Shown: positions 38,500 through 51,000 of the stretch, in pieces
Position numbering within the stretch: position 1 is the stretch's first letter
Layout of the letters: each line of letters starts with the position of its first letter
NCBI RefSeq assembly: GCF_988243305.1
Contig: NZ_OZ547136.1
Strand: one strand, 5' to 3'
Length of the DNA: 64,000 bases
Notes under the pieces: model-generated
The model's input: the letters and a program-made list of their open reading frames with translations, nothing else
Told to the model about the DNA's origin: nothing
Databases searched by the model: none
Translations under genes and position numbers: made by a program

Positions 38500-38809
38500 C
38501 GGTTACCTTCTCCACTTTTACAGAACATAACGGCACCTCGCTGTCGGATGCTTTTGCTCTTTGGGATTATCAAAGCGGCAGATATTCTTTCATCTTAAAT
38601 TTTACGTCTTTGTCCTGACTGATGTTTATCCTGTTTGGCTGCGAAATAAATATAAAATTAACACATATATTTTAATGATGTATTTTTATAAATTATTTCC
38701 CACATGAATTTTAATAAATTTAATCTATTCCTTTATACGCAATACATTTACTTTCCTCTTTTGATGATCTTAAATATCTTATTTTTCGTAATGTGTATAA
38801 CAAGGAATA

Positions 38810-39328
38810 GTGATGAAATTTAAAAAATGTCTTCTGCCTGTGGCAATGTTAGCGTCATTCACTCTGGCAGGATGCCAGTCAAATGCTGATGATCATGCCG
38901 CCGATGTTTATCAAACCGATCAACTGAATACCAAACAAGAAACTAAAACCGTTAATATTATTTCCATTCTTCCCGCAAAAGTTGCCGTAGACAACTCCCA
39001 AAATAAACGAAACGCACAAGCCTTCGGCGCGCTTATTGGTGCAGTCGCTGGCGGTGTTATTGGCCACAACGTCGGGTCTGGCAGCAATTCCGGAACGACG
39101 GCAGGTGCAGTTGGCGGCGGAGCTGTTGGCGCGGCAGCGGGTTCTATGGTGAATGATAAAACCTTAGTGGAAGGTGTTTCTCTAACGTATAAGGAAGGCA
39201 CCAAAGTGTATACCTCCACCCAGGTGGGTAAAGAGTGCCAGTTTACGACAGGTTTAGCCGTTGTTATTACCACGACGTATAACGAAACGCGTATTCAGCC
39301 AAATACCAAATGTCCTGAAAAGAGCTAA
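38810..39328 (+). CDS. yfgH: outer membrane lipoprotein YfgH (glycine-zipper)
   Basis: 172-aa ORF with lipobox LAGCQS and a Gly-rich glycine-zipper region. Confidence 0.8.
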   Translation: MMKFKKCLLPVAMLASFTLAGCQSNADDHAADVYQTDQLNTKQETKTVNIISILPAKVAVDNSQNKRNAQAFGALIGAVAGGVIGHNVGSGSNSGTTAGAVGGGAVGAAAGSMVNDKTLVEGVSLTYKEGTKVYTSTQVGKECQFTTGLAVVITTTYNETRIQPNTKCPEKS

Positions 39329-39343
39329 TAATCAGGAGGAGTC

Positions 39344-39883
39344 ATGAAGAAAGTTTTTCTTTGCGCCATCTTAGCCTCCTTAAGCTATCCGGCTATCGCC
39401 TCATCATTGCAGGATCAACTCTCTGCTGTCGCAGAAGCGGAACAGCAAGGTAAAAATGAAGAGCAAAGGCAGCATGACGAATGGGTCGCGGAGCGCAACA
39501 GGGAAATCCAGCAAGAGAAGCAACGTCGCGCAAACGCCCAGGCCGCGGCTAATAAAAGAGCGGCAACGGCAGCGGCGAATAAGAAAGCTCGTCAGGATAA
39601 ACTGGACGCCGAAGCCTCTGCGGACAAAAAACGCGATCAAAGTTATGAAGATGAGCTACGCAGCTTAGAGATTCAGAAACAAAAACTGGCACTGGCGAAA
39701 GAAGAAGCCCGCGTTAAGCGAGAAAACGAATTTATCGATCAGGAACTGAAGCACAAAGCTGCGCAAACCGATGTGGTGCAATCTGAAGCTGACGCAAACA
39801 GAAATATGACTGAAGGCGGTCGCGATCTGATGAAAAGCGTGGGCAAAGCAGAAGAGAACAAATCGGACAGCTGGTTTAATTAA
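39344..39883 (+). CDS. yfgI: periplasmic protein YfgI
   Basis: 179-aa ORF with a signal peptide and a charged coiled-coil-like body; RBS aggagg upstream. Confidence 0.8.
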   Translation: MKKVFLCAILASLSYPAIASSLQDQLSAVAEAEQQGKNEEQRQHDEWVAERNREIQQEKQRRANAQAAANKRAATAAANKKARQDKLDAEASADKKRDQSYEDELRSLEIQKQKLALAKEEARVKRENEFIDQELKHKAAQTDVVQSEADANRNMTEGGRDLMKSVGKAEENKSDSWFN

Positions 39884-39923
39884 TCGATGTAAGTAACTTC
39901 AAGCCTATAATTCTTGAAGATAA

Positions 39924-39954
39924 AAAACCCTCTGTAGTAACAGAGGGTTTTGTT
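39924..39954 (+). terminator. intrinsic terminator after yfgI
   Basis: aaaccctctgtagtaacagagggttttgtt: 10-bp stem, 6-nt loop, T-run. Confidence 0.7.
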
Positions 39955-40210
39955 CATTCATAGTGCAGGGATCAAAATCATTCCCACTCAGCTATCAATG
40001 AGAAAATAAAATATAAATAAATCAATGCCTTGAAACAAACCACTTAGCAGATACCACGAAAAATACCATGTCTCAATAATAGAGCTGTCTACAGGCTGTT
40101 CAGACGAACAATATGGCCGCTCTACTCCTAATAGAGTCCTTAGCTCGGTCACATCACTAATTTCAACATAGATGTGAACAAAATGAGGCATCAACGCACC
40201 TATTCAGTTA

Positions 40211-41725
40211 GTGTATTTGATATCGTATGTGGCAACAAAAAATGGAGTTACAATCTTGAAAGTAAGCGAGTTATCTAGCCAAATTGGCCGACTTTACGGC
40301 TTAAACAACATCAACATAATTATGGGCCGAAACGGTGCGGGAAAAAGTCGTTTCCTTCGTGATATCGAACAAACAATCAGCCAGAACAAGCAGCAATTTT
40401 ATGTCCGGTATGTAAGTCCAGAGCGAGCAGGATCGTTCAAGCGTGATGGCACCGTCCTCACAAATATGAGCGACAACCCCGAATGGCTGAGGCACACTCG
40501 GGCAGTTAATCAGGCAAGCAACTTCAAAGCTGCATCGGCTATGCTATTTCGCGAGGCCGAGACGCTTTACTTACGTCGACTTGCCAATACTCCGGAAATT
40601 CGAACTGATCTAACGCGAAACTTTCAGACAGACCGATTAAGTAAAATTAATCAGCTTCTCACTAACATTTCGCTCGAGATGGGTAATGTCGATTATGAGT
40701 TTCGATCACTTGTAGATGGTCAGATTATTGATCCGGCCCAAATCAGTAGCGGTGAATCGGAAGCGGTTGCATTAGCCGCGGAAATCATCTATTTCTTCGA
40801 CACAATAGATCCGGAGAAATTCAACGTACTCCTCCTCGATGAGCCTGATGTACATCTGCACCCCGACCTCCAAGCTAGACTGGGCAAGCTGATAATCAGT
40901 ATGCTCGACGAATTTAGAACACACGCGAACAGTATTGCCATATGCTTATCCACCCATAGTTCCCCGCTCGTCTGTTCTCTTGCCGCCTCCCCATATGTAT
41001 CAATCGGCACGAAGAGCTTTGCAGTGAATGAAATCTCATTGATACCGGCCAGCGATGAACTTCGAAAGATTGCACCATTCTTCGGGCACCCCCTATCGCT
41101 TTCTCTTAGCGAAGACGCTGCATTAATTTTGGAAGGAGAGGACGACGAACGAGTCTGGCAACAAGCGGCCAGAACATCACAGGGTCGAATAAAAATCTTT
41201 CCCGTACTAGCAGGTAGCGTAGATCAACAGAGTCAACTTGAGGATTTTTGCGTAGACCTCCTTAGTACACTCTATGACAATCCAATCGCCTTTTCCCTTC
41301 GTGATGGCGATGGTGTAATCAACGAGTCGCTTGAACATCGCCTACCTCTTAAACGCTATCGCTTACGATGCTACGCTATCGAAAATGTTCTTTTGACTGA
41401 TTCATGCCTTGCAGTAATGAATGTTACATGGGTGGAATTTGTAGACGCAGCCAAAAAATGGGTTGAGGATAATCAAACACACTCCGACATAGCGTTGATT
41501 GCAGAACTAATGGAATCGAACGACCGATTGCGTCACAAGAAGATCAAGAAAATCCGCCAACTCGTCTGTGCTATTGTTGAGTGTAAAAAACCTTGGGAGG
41601 TAGTAGTTGGACAAGCAATCGGGGCATTGACCAGAGAAGACCTTGAAAACTCGAATATGTTGATCGATTTTCTTGGAGGAGAGATGGTCAGCGACGTCAT
41701 CTTCAGGGACGCAATAAACCCATGA
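40211..41725 (+). CDS. ABC-type (AAA_21-like) ATPase with C-terminal TOPRIM/DUF4435-like acidic region; candidate OLD/PARIS-like anti-phage nuclease (accessory)
   Basis: Walker A GRNGAGKS, signature-like ISSGESEA, Walker B/D-loop LLLDEPDVHLHPDLQ, H-loop LSTHS; C-terminal about 200 aa carry LEGEDDE and RDGDG acidic motifs; no TM segments; probable true start TTG at 40256 preceded by ggag. Confidence 0.55.
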   Translation: MYLISYVATKNGVTILKVSELSSQIGRLYGLNNINIIMGRNGAGKSRFLRDIEQTISQNKQQFYVRYVSPERAGSFKRDGTVLTNMSDNPEWLRHTRAVNQASNFKAASAMLFREAETLYLRRLANTPEIRTDLTRNFQTDRLSKINQLLTNISLEMGNVDYEFRSLVDGQIIDPAQISSGESEAVALAAEIIYFFDTIDPEKFNVLLLDEPDVHLHPDLQARLGKLIISMLDEFRTHANSIAICLSTHSSPLVCSLAASPYVSIGTKSFAVNEISLIPASDELRKIAPFFGHPLSLSLSEDAALILEGEDDERVWQQAARTSQGRIKIFPVLAGSVDQQSQLEDFCVDLLSTLYDNPIAFSLRDGDGVINESLEHRLPLKRYRLRCYAIENVLLTDSCLAVMNVTWVEFVDAAKKWVEDNQTHSDIALIAELMESNDRLRHKKIKKIRQLVCAIVECKKPWEVVVGQAIGALTREDLENSNMLIDFLGGEMVSDVIFRDAINP

Positions 41726-41740
41726 GAATGACCTGATACT

Positions 41741-42136
41741 ATGACCACGATTGATCCGCCCTCATGGTATCAGTATTTATTTTATAACCCGCCTCTCAAT
41801 ACACCAAGAGATTGCGGTAAAGTGGAGCAGCATGATTACCAGCTTTATCTGGCGATAAATGATATTGAGCATACGAAAACGAAAGCAATGTCATCTAAGA
41901 CCAATAGTATCTGCGAGCAGTTCCATAAAACGATACTGAACGAGTTTTATCAGGTGACGTTCCGCAAAAAGTTATATGATGATCTTGAAGCATTACAATC
42001 GGTTCTTGATGAATGGCGGGTTCACTATAATAATGAGCGAACCCATCAGGGAAAAATGTGCAGTGGCCGAACGCCGATGGAAACGTTACTTGATGGAAAG
42101 CACATCTGGGATGAGAAAAACTTAAGCCAGATGTAA
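41741..42136 (+). pseudogene. remnant of a DDE (rve integrase-core) transposase, C-terminal fragment
   Basis: 131-aa ORF containing ...TNSICEQFHKTILNEF...WRVHYNNERTHQGKMCSGRTPMETL, the characteristic C-terminal segment of rve-type transposases; no N-terminal HTH or full DDE triad. Confidence 0.6.
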
Positions 42137-42229
42137 TCTGACAGATACCTTTATAAATAGCCGGTAATTGTCAGATCAGGTCTGATCTTATACAACTTAA
42201 CTGTGTTATGAGCAATACTGAGGATAGAT

Positions 42230-43000
42230 ATGGAACCAGAGAAATTTGCTGAAACTGCAATAGGATTTACCAAAAGCCCTCTTGGTATCATTGCACTCTT
42301 TATTGTTCTCGTTTATGGATTTGCCTCTTTCGTCGTTGGCTTTGGTAATGGCTTATCAGAGCATATAGCTCCCCTTATTTATTTCATGGTTTTCTTTCCT
42401 GTCATTGTGTTTCTTGGCTTTCTCTGGCTTGTTGCGAAACATCATAATAAGCTTTACGGGCCGTCAGATTTCAAAGATGAAAATAATTTTTTAAGAGCGC
42501 AAATAGCTACAGCAGCATCATTGACCGCCGCCACAGCAAAACAGCCTGAAAATAGTGCAGGGGTCACTGAAAGCCAACTGCGAAAAATCGTCAACGTTGT
42601 ATCCAATGCAAAACGGCAGAGTAAGCATGAAAAATGGCGAAATCGTATTTTATGGGTGGATGATCGACCAGAAAATAATGTTTACGAAAGACAGGCATTT
42701 GAGGCACAGGGAATAGAGTTCGCTTTAGCTCTTTCAACTGACGAAGCCTTAGAATTGTTAAAAACAAATAAGTTTGCAGCTATTATTTCGGATATGGATC
42801 GCAAAGAAGGGGCGCAAGAAGGTTATGTCTTACTAGAAAGATTACGCGCAATGGGAGACAAAACTCCTTTTATGATCTATGCGTCCTCAGATCTACCAGA
42901 GCACAAGAAAATGGCGAGAGAAAGAGGTGCAATTGGCTCCACTAATCGAGCAGAAGAACTCTTTCAAATTGTCATGGGTGCGATTACCAATGGCTCATAA
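42230..43000 (+). CDS. membrane-anchored stand-alone receiver (REC/CheY-like) domain protein (accessory)
   Basis: ATG preceded by gagga; two predicted TM helices near the N-terminus; C-terminal about 120 aa align by eye to CheY (ILWVDDRPEN / ISDMDR / TPFMIYASS); AT-rich codon usage. Confidence 0.55.
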   Translation: MEPEKFAETAIGFTKSPLGIIALFIVLVYGFASFVVGFGNGLSEHIAPLIYFMVFFPVIVFLGFLWLVAKHHNKLYGPSDFKDENNFLRAQIATAASLTAATAKQPENSAGVTESQLRKIVNVVSNAKRQSKHEKWRNRILWVDDRPENNVYERQAFEAQGIEFALALSTDEALELLKTNKFAAIISDMDRKEGAQEGYVLLERLRAMGDKTPFMIYASSDLPEHKKMARERGAIGSTNRAEELFQIVMGAITNGS

Positions 43001-43220
43001 CAAAGCCATTAAATTCGCCCCCTACGGCTACGGTTGCCGGGCGCTCACAACGGCCAGTATCTCATTTGTCGATTTGATCGATCTCATTGTAAGCACTTCC
43101 GGCTAGACTATTTTGGAATACCGCCATTTTGTTGGTAATGGCTTTTATCTTTAGGCCATAGCCGATGTTATAGAGTTACGGCCTTAAAAATAGAAGTCAT
43201 ACACTCAATGAAAAACCAAT

Positions 43221-43250
43221 AAAAAATGCCAGTCAGCAAACTGACTGGCA
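43221..43250 (-). terminator. intrinsic terminator of guaA
   Basis: On the minus strand tgccagtcagtttgctgactggcatttttt: 10-bp stem plus a U-run immediately after the guaA stop. Confidence 0.7.
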
Positions 43251-43294
43251 TTAAAGTTAGTTGGAAAGGCTTAATTTACTATTTATAGCCAGTC

Positions 43295-44872
43295 CTACTC
43301 CCACTCAATGGTAGCTGGCGGCTTGCCGCTGATGTCATACACCACGCGGGAAATACCGTTCACTTCATTGATAATGCGGTTGGAAACGCGACCGAGGAAG
43401 TCATACGGCAGGTGCGCCCAGTGTGCGGTCATAAAGTCGATGGTTTCGACAGCACGCAGAGAAACAACCCAGTCATACTTACGACCATCGCCCATTACGC
43501 CAACAGAACGTACTGGCAGGAAGACGGTGAACGCCTGGCTGACTTTGTCGTACAGGTCCGCTTTACGCAGTTCTTCAATGAAGATGGCGTCAGCACGGCG
43601 CAGCAGGTCACAGTACTCTTTCTTCACTTCACCCAGAACACGAACGCCAAGGCCTGGTCCCGGGAACGGGTGACGGTACAGCATGTCGTACGGCAGGCCC
43701 AGCTCCAGACCAATCTTACGCACTTCGTCTTTGAACAGCTCTTTCAGCGGTTCAACCAGGCCCATCTTCATCTCTTTCGGCAGGCCGCCCACGTTGTGGT
43801 GAGATTTGATGACGTGTGCTTTACCGGTTGCAGAAGCAGCAGATTCGATAACGTCAGGGTAGATAGTGCCCTGCGCCAGCCACTTCACGTCTTCCAGTTT
43901 CAGCGCTTCTTCATCGAATACTTCAACGAAAACGCGCCCGATGATTTTACGTTTTGCTTCCGGATCATTTTCGCCAGCCAGCGCTGACAAGAAGCGATCT
44001 TCTGCCGGTACATGAACAATGTTCAGACCAAAGTGATCGCCAAACATATCCAGAACCTGCTCTGCTTCGTTGAGACGCAGCAGGCCGTTGTCGACGAATA
44101 CGCAAGTCAGGTTTTTACCGATAGCGCGGTGCAGCAGCATTGCAGTCACGGAGGAATCCACGCCACCAGAGAGGCCGAGGATCACTTTATCGTCGCCTAC
44201 CTGCTCGCGGATGCGAGCTACGGCGTCGTCGATAATTTTCGCTGGCGTCCACAGGGCTTCACACTGGCAGATATCACGCACAAAACGCTCCAGCATGCGC
44301 ATACCCTGGCGGGTGTGAGTCACTTCCGGATGGAACTGTACACCATAGAAGCGTTTTTCTTCGTTAGCCATAATGGCAAACGGGCAGCTTTCGGTGCTGG
44401 CTACGGTGACGAAGTCGGACGGGATAGCGGTAACTTTATCGCCGTGGCTCATCCAGACATCGAGCAGCGGTTTACCGTCTGCAGTCAGCGCATCTTCGAT
44501 ACCGCGAACCAGTGCGCTGTCGTTTACGACTTCAACCTGCGCGTAGCCAAATTCACGTTCGTTAGAGGCTTCAACGTGACCGCCCAACTGCATTGCCATG
44601 GTCTGCATGCCATAGCAAACGCCGAATACCGGTACGCCTGCTTCAAAGACATACTGCGGCGCACGCGGGCTGTTTTCTTCGGTGGTGCTTTCCGGGCCGC
44701 CGGAAAGAATAATGCCGCTTGGGTTGAAGTCACGAATTTGTGCTTCTGTCACATCCCACGCCCACAGTTCGCAGTAAACACCCAGTTCACGCACGCGGCG
44801 CGCAACCAGTTGAGTGTACTGAGAACCGAAGTCCAGAATGAGGATGCGATGCTTATGAATGTTTTCCGTCAT
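43295..44872 (-). CDS. guaA: GMP synthase (glutamine-hydrolysing)
   Basis: 525-aa ORF with an N-terminal class-I glutamine amidotransferase and a C-terminal ATP-pyrophosphatase (SGGVDSS). Confidence 0.95.
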   Translation of the reverse strand: MTENIHKHRILILDFGSQYTQLVARRVRELGVYCELWAWDVTEAQIRDFNPSGIILSGGPESTTEENSPRAPQYVFEAGVPVFGVCYGMQTMAMQLGGHVEASNEREFGYAQVEVVNDSALVRGIEDALTADGKPLLDVWMSHGDKVTAIPSDFVTVASTESCPFAIMANEEKRFYGVQFHPEVTHTRQGMRMLERFVRDICQCEALWTPAKIIDDAVARIREQVGDDKVILGLSGGVDSSVTAMLLHRAIGKNLTCVFVDNGLLRLNEAEQVLDMFGDHFGLNIVHVPAEDRFLSALAGENDPEAKRKIIGRVFVEVFDEEALKLEDVKWLAQGTIYPDVIESAASATGKAHVIKSHHNVGGLPKEMKMGLVEPLKELFKDEVRKIGLELGLPYDMLYRHPFPGPGLGVRVLGEVKKEYCDLLRRADAIFIEELRKADLYDKVSQAFTVFLPVRSVGVMGDGRKYDWVVSLRAVETIDFMTAHWAHLPYDFLGRVSNRIINEVNGISRVVYDISGKPPATIEWE

Positions 44873-44940
44873 TGACGCTTATTCCGAGGCAAGTGAAACA
44901 GATAATATAAATCGCCCGACATGAAGTCGGGCGAAGAGAA

Positions 44941-46407
44941 TCAGGAGCCCAGACGGTAGTTCGGGGACTCTTTAGTAATGGTCACGTCGTGAACGTGGCT
45001 TTCCTGAATGCCCGCACCGCTGATACGTACAAACTCCGCTTTAGTACGCAGTTCGTCGATAGTACCACAGCCGGTCAGGCCCATACAGGAGCGCAGGCCG
45101 CCCATCTGCTGGTGAATGATCTCTTTCAGGCGACCTTTATAGGCCACGCGACCTTCGATACCTTCCGGCACCAGTTTGTCGGCAGCGTTGTCGCTCTGGA
45201 AGTAACGGTCAGAAGAACCTTTGGACATCGCACCCAGAGAGCCCATCCCACGGTAAGATTTGTAAGAACGGCCCTGGTAGAGTTCGATTTCACCCGGAGA
45301 TTCTTCAGTACCCGCCAGCATGGAACCCACCATTACCGCGCTTGCACCTGCGGCGATAGCTTTGGCGATATCGCCTGAGAAACGGATACCACCGTCAGCG
45401 ATAACCGGAATACCGGTGCCTTCCAGGGCTTCTACGGCGTCAGCAACGGCGGTGATCTGCGGAACACCTACGCCAGTCACGATACGAGTCGTACAGATAG
45501 AGCCAGGGCCAATGCCGACTTTAACCGCGCTGCAACCAGCTTCTGCCAGAGCGCGTGCCCCCGCAGCTGTTGCCACGTTGCCGCCGATGATTTGCAGATC
45601 CGGATATTTAGTACGAGTTTCACGGATACGCTGCAGAACGCCTTCAGAGTGACCGTGAGAGGAGTCGATCAGCAGAACGTCAACGCCTGCGGCAACCAGC
45701 GCGTCAACACGCTCTTCGTTACCCGCACCCGCGCCAACCGCTGCACCAACACGCAGACGGCCTTGCTCGTCTTTACAGGCGTTCGGTTTACGTTCTGCTT
45801 TCTGGAAATCTTTCACGGTGATCATGCCGATCAGGTGGAATTCGTCATCAACCACCAGCGCTTTTTCAACGCGTTTTTCGTGCATTTTTGCCAGCACAAC
45901 TTCACGGGCTTCACCTTCACGCACGGTGACCAGACGTTCTTTCGGCGTCATGTAAACGCTAACCGGCTGGCTCAGGTCGGTAACAAAACGTACGTCACGA
46001 CCGGTGATAATACCCACCAGTTCGTTTTCTTCGGTAACGACCGGGTAGCCCGCAAAGCCGTTACGCTCGGTCAGTTCTTTCACTTCGCGCAGCGTCGTGG
46101 TTGGCAGAACAGTCTGCGGGTCAGTCACCACGCCAGATTCGTGTTTTTTCACACGGCGAACTTCTTCCGCCTGGCGTTCAATGGACATATTTTTGTGGAT
46201 AAAGCCGATACCGCCTTCCTGAGCCAGAGCAATAGCCAGGCGCGCTTCCGTTACGGTATCCATTGCTGCGGAAAGCATAGGGATATTCAGACGAATAGTT
46301 TTCGTCAGCTGGGTGCTGAGGTCAGCAGTATTCGGCAGAACGGTAGAATGAGCAGGAACGAGGAGAACGTCGTCAAACGTCAGAGCTTCTTTAGCGATAC
46401 GTAGCAT
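44941..46407 (-). CDS. guaB: IMP dehydrogenase
   Basis: ORF 44941..46476; start at the internal Met ([21 protein letters not shown]), 488 aa; CBS pair and catalytic [11 protein letters not shown] loop. Confidence 0.95.
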   Translation of the reverse strand: MLRIAKEALTFDDVLLVPAHSTVLPNTADLSTQLTKTIRLNIPMLSAAMDTVTEARLAIALAQEGGIGFIHKNMSIERQAEEVRRVKKHESGVVTDPQTVLPTTTLREVKELTERNGFAGYPVVTEENELVGIITGRDVRFVTDLSQPVSVYMTPKERLVTVREGEAREVVLAKMHEKRVEKALVVDDEFHLIGMITVKDFQKAERKPNACKDEQGRLRVGAAVGAGAGNEERVDALVAAGVDVLLIDSSHGHSEGVLQRIRETRTKYPDLQIIGGNVATAAGARALAEAGCSAVKVGIGPGSICTTRIVTGVGVPQITAVADAVEALEGTGIPVIADGGIRFSGDIAKAIAAGASAVMVGSMLAGTEESPGEIELYQGRSYKSYRGMGSLGAMSKGSSDRYFQSDNAADKLVPEGIEGRVAYKGRLKEIIHQQMGGLRSCMGLTGCGTIDELRTKAEFVRISGAGIQESHVHDVTITKESPNYRLGS

Positions 46408-46538
46408 GGGCAATATCTCGACCAGAGTGGTTAATAAATATTGCCGCGGCATTATACAGAGCGTAACCGATTGCATCTACCCCTTTTTGCAAAAAATGCT
46501 TGCTATCCCCGGAGGGCGGGTTACTATCGACTGAATAA

Positions 46539-47945
<1,407 letters not shown>

Positions 47946-48004
47946 GATGCGCCAGCATCGCATCCGGCACTGGCTCCCAGGCCACGCCAGATGCGCCATG
48001 CTGG

Positions 48005-51000
48005 TTACTGGAAGCAGGTCACCAGACCCGGTTTATTCATTAGCGTGATACTACAATCCTGTGCTCCAGTGCCTTCGTCCATTCCACACTGTTGAGAGGA
48101 CAAATAAGGAAAACTTGGTGAAGACGGCCATCCCAGTGAATTAAAAACAGTGTGCAACAACTCTAATTCATTGTATGTCGGTGCATTTTCTATGCTGCCA
48201 CACTGCCTTGCAATATCCCATTTACTGGCATCAATGATATGTGCAGAAGCCCAGTTTTCGTAGTTAATAATCGGTGAGGATACGGGATTAGCCCCGGACG
48301 GCAATTCTGTCGTTAACAACGGTCGATGTAGCGATTTACCATTCACCACTACAGTGTCTGCCATATGTCCCCAAAAGTGCGCCGAGGAAACATTCGGGCT
48401 GGTTGGTACCGTAAAAATAGCGTCCAGCGTGTCTGTCGCGGAAGCGTAATTAGCCAGAGTAACCGTCAGTGGCGTTTTATAACCAGGGGTATTATCCTGG
48501 CGGAGCGTAAAACTTGCCGTCCCATCCGCGCCTGTCATGCCACTAATGGTATTACCGCTTTCACTCAGCGTAACAGCCGAACCAGATAACGGCTGAACGA
48601 TGAGATCGTCCATCGCCACCACATCACCATACAACGTCGCCCCAGCGTTACGCGGCGATGCATCGCCACGTTTCAAAGTAAATTCCACATTCGGTACCGT
48701 ATTCCCGGCGCTGTCTTTCACCGTCACGGTAACGGGCATGGCTTCGCCTTTTTTCACTTTCGCCGCCTGAATAGCTGCGTCAAACGCTGTTGAGGTCAGT
48801 GTGACGCTGGAAACCGTTGCGCGCGCAGACACCAGACACGCCTGATAAGCGGCATTACCATTCAATGTCGTTGTGCCATCTTTCATATTGAGCGACTGAT
48901 TTTTACCATCTGTAGTCTTATCCTGCGCCCACCAGTAATAATAAACTGACCAGCCAGTTTCCGTCGTAAGGGTGTTATTGGGATAACGTTGATACAGTGA
49001 CTTCATATCGCTGAGCAACGGTTGCCGGGCTTCCTCACAAGGGCTGAGGCTGGCATTTGCTTTAGTGGTTGACGAAAAATAGGGCCAGTCCTCATTATTG
49101 TTATTGGTTTTATTTACCCCGGAGGTCGATGGCAGCTCCTTCCACAATTTCGGTCGTTCAAAGACGGTTCCATTTGCCGCTGTCACCGTTTCTGGCATAT
49201 GACCCCAGTAGTCGGCATCCTGGGCGTCAGGGCTGGTGACCACGGTAAATATCAGGTCCAGGTTTGACGTGATCTGCGGATCTTGTGCAAGCGAGACCGT
49301 AAACGGCGTTGCCAGGCCGGTGGTGGCGTTTTGCGTAACATTGAACGTCACTGTGCCATCACTGCCGGTAAAACCAAGCCATTTTGCCGTATCCTGAGCA
49401 AAGGAAATACGGGTTGCTGTCGGTGTGACGACATCTACAATAAGATCATCTGCCAACGATGAGGGCCTAATTCCTGAACGACTTTTCGCCTGCGCCCGCT
49501 GAAGCGTCACGCCCTCACCACTCACCAGGTTGCCATTTTGGTCTTTTACTGTCACGACTAACGGGATTGTCTCGCCCTTTTTCGCCGATGCCGAAGGTGT
49601 GCCGCCGTTACTGGCGGTTTTCGTCTCATCAAATGCTACTGAAGTCAGGGTAACGCTTGACGGCTTAGAGTGAGGCTGTGCCAGGCAGAGCATTAGAGCA
49701 ACCGGAGAGAGTGCGGATGATGCTCGTCCCGTGCTTAGGTTAAAGACCTGATAATACCAGGAGCTACCATTGGAGTTAAGTAATTCATAAATCCACCAGT
49801 TTCCTGACGCTATCGGCAACCCCAGATCTTTCGTTAACGCTCCGTTTGGGTGATCGTCATATAACCCCTGCAATTCGCTGAGGCGCGGTTGATATTCCAG
49901 CGAACAATCTGCCGTCGCTTTTTGAGTACTATATATATATGACCATGTCTCATTATTACCGTTTACCGAGCTCCCCGTAGTCGCTTCCGCTGCCAGTAAT
50001 GGGCGCTTGAAGGTCACGCCTGCCGAACTGGTAAACGTTTCCGGCATATGGCCCCAGTATTTCGCTTTTGGCGAATCCGGGCTGGTTATCACCGTGAAAA
50101 TGACATCCAGCGTGACGCTTTTCGAGGTATCGCGCATGAGTTCTGCGCTGAGCGGCGTTGACAGCCCATAACTGCTATTCTGGCTGACCTCAAACGTAGC
50201 TTTACCATCGCTCCCTGTCTTCAGAAGAGCCTGCGTCCCATCCCCATACAAGATTGACGTTACCCCAGTAGGTTCCACAGGTATGATGGTAAGATCATCT
50301 GCAGAGGCATCGTACGCAGCTTTAGCGCGGTTCAGCGCAGTCCCTCGTTTAAGGTTAAAGCTGGCACCTGGCAGTGGATTGCCTGCGCTATCTCGCACCG
50401 TAACCGTCATCGGGATAACCTCTCCCTTCTTCGCTGTTGCGCTGGGCCTGCCATCATTGCTGGCCGTTTTCGTTGCATCCTCCGCCGTTGAGGTCATTTC
50501 AATAGAAGCCGCCTCTGGATGAGGGTTTACCAGGCACAGCATTAATGCCGAGGTGGTTGAAGACGCTCTTCCACTTGATCCATTTAACAGATAAATATAT
50601 TGATCGTACCAGTTACCCGCATATGCCACCATGTCGTAAGCCCACCAGTAGCTATTTACCGGAATACCCAGATCGGTCTTTATCGCACGACTTGGGTGTT
50701 CGTCGTACAATGCCTGTAGTTCGCTTAACAGTGGTTGATAATGTACATCGCACCCGCTTTTATCGATATCCCCCTTTGTTGCCGATCTCAACACGGCCCA
50801 CTCTTCATTGTCTTCTATAAACGACTGGCCCGACGATCTTTCAGCAGAGAGTAAGGGGCGTTTGAAGGCAGTACCAGAACGCGTAGTGAACGTTTCCGCC
50901 ATATGCCCCCAGTAACTTGCCAGGGGGGTATCCGGGCTGGTTATCACGGTAAACATCACGGGTAATTTGTTGGATTCCAGGCTCGACTGATAGGCCTGAG

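Noticed and set aside
40211-41725. 504-aa protein read as the ATPase of a conventional ABC transporter
   Set aside because: There is no adjacent permease or substrate-binding gene, and the protein has a C-terminal acidic extension instead of a transporter-coupling region; the soluble AAA_21/OLD-type interpretation fits better.
39960-43294. Insertion read as a prophage remnant
   Set aside because: No integrase, tRNA attachment site or phage structural genes are present; only a degraded IS-type transposase fragment.
43412-46404. Long antisense ORFs within guaA and guaB (191, 287 and 270 aa)
   Set aside because: They are mirror-frame artefacts of highly conserved genes; their translations are low-complexity and lack motifs.
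47946-48004. Possible REP-like palindrome after xseA (gatgcgccagcatcgcatccggcac)
   Set aside because: Only a partial, weak match to the REP consensus; it may simply be the junction of the inserted island, so it is not reported as a feature.
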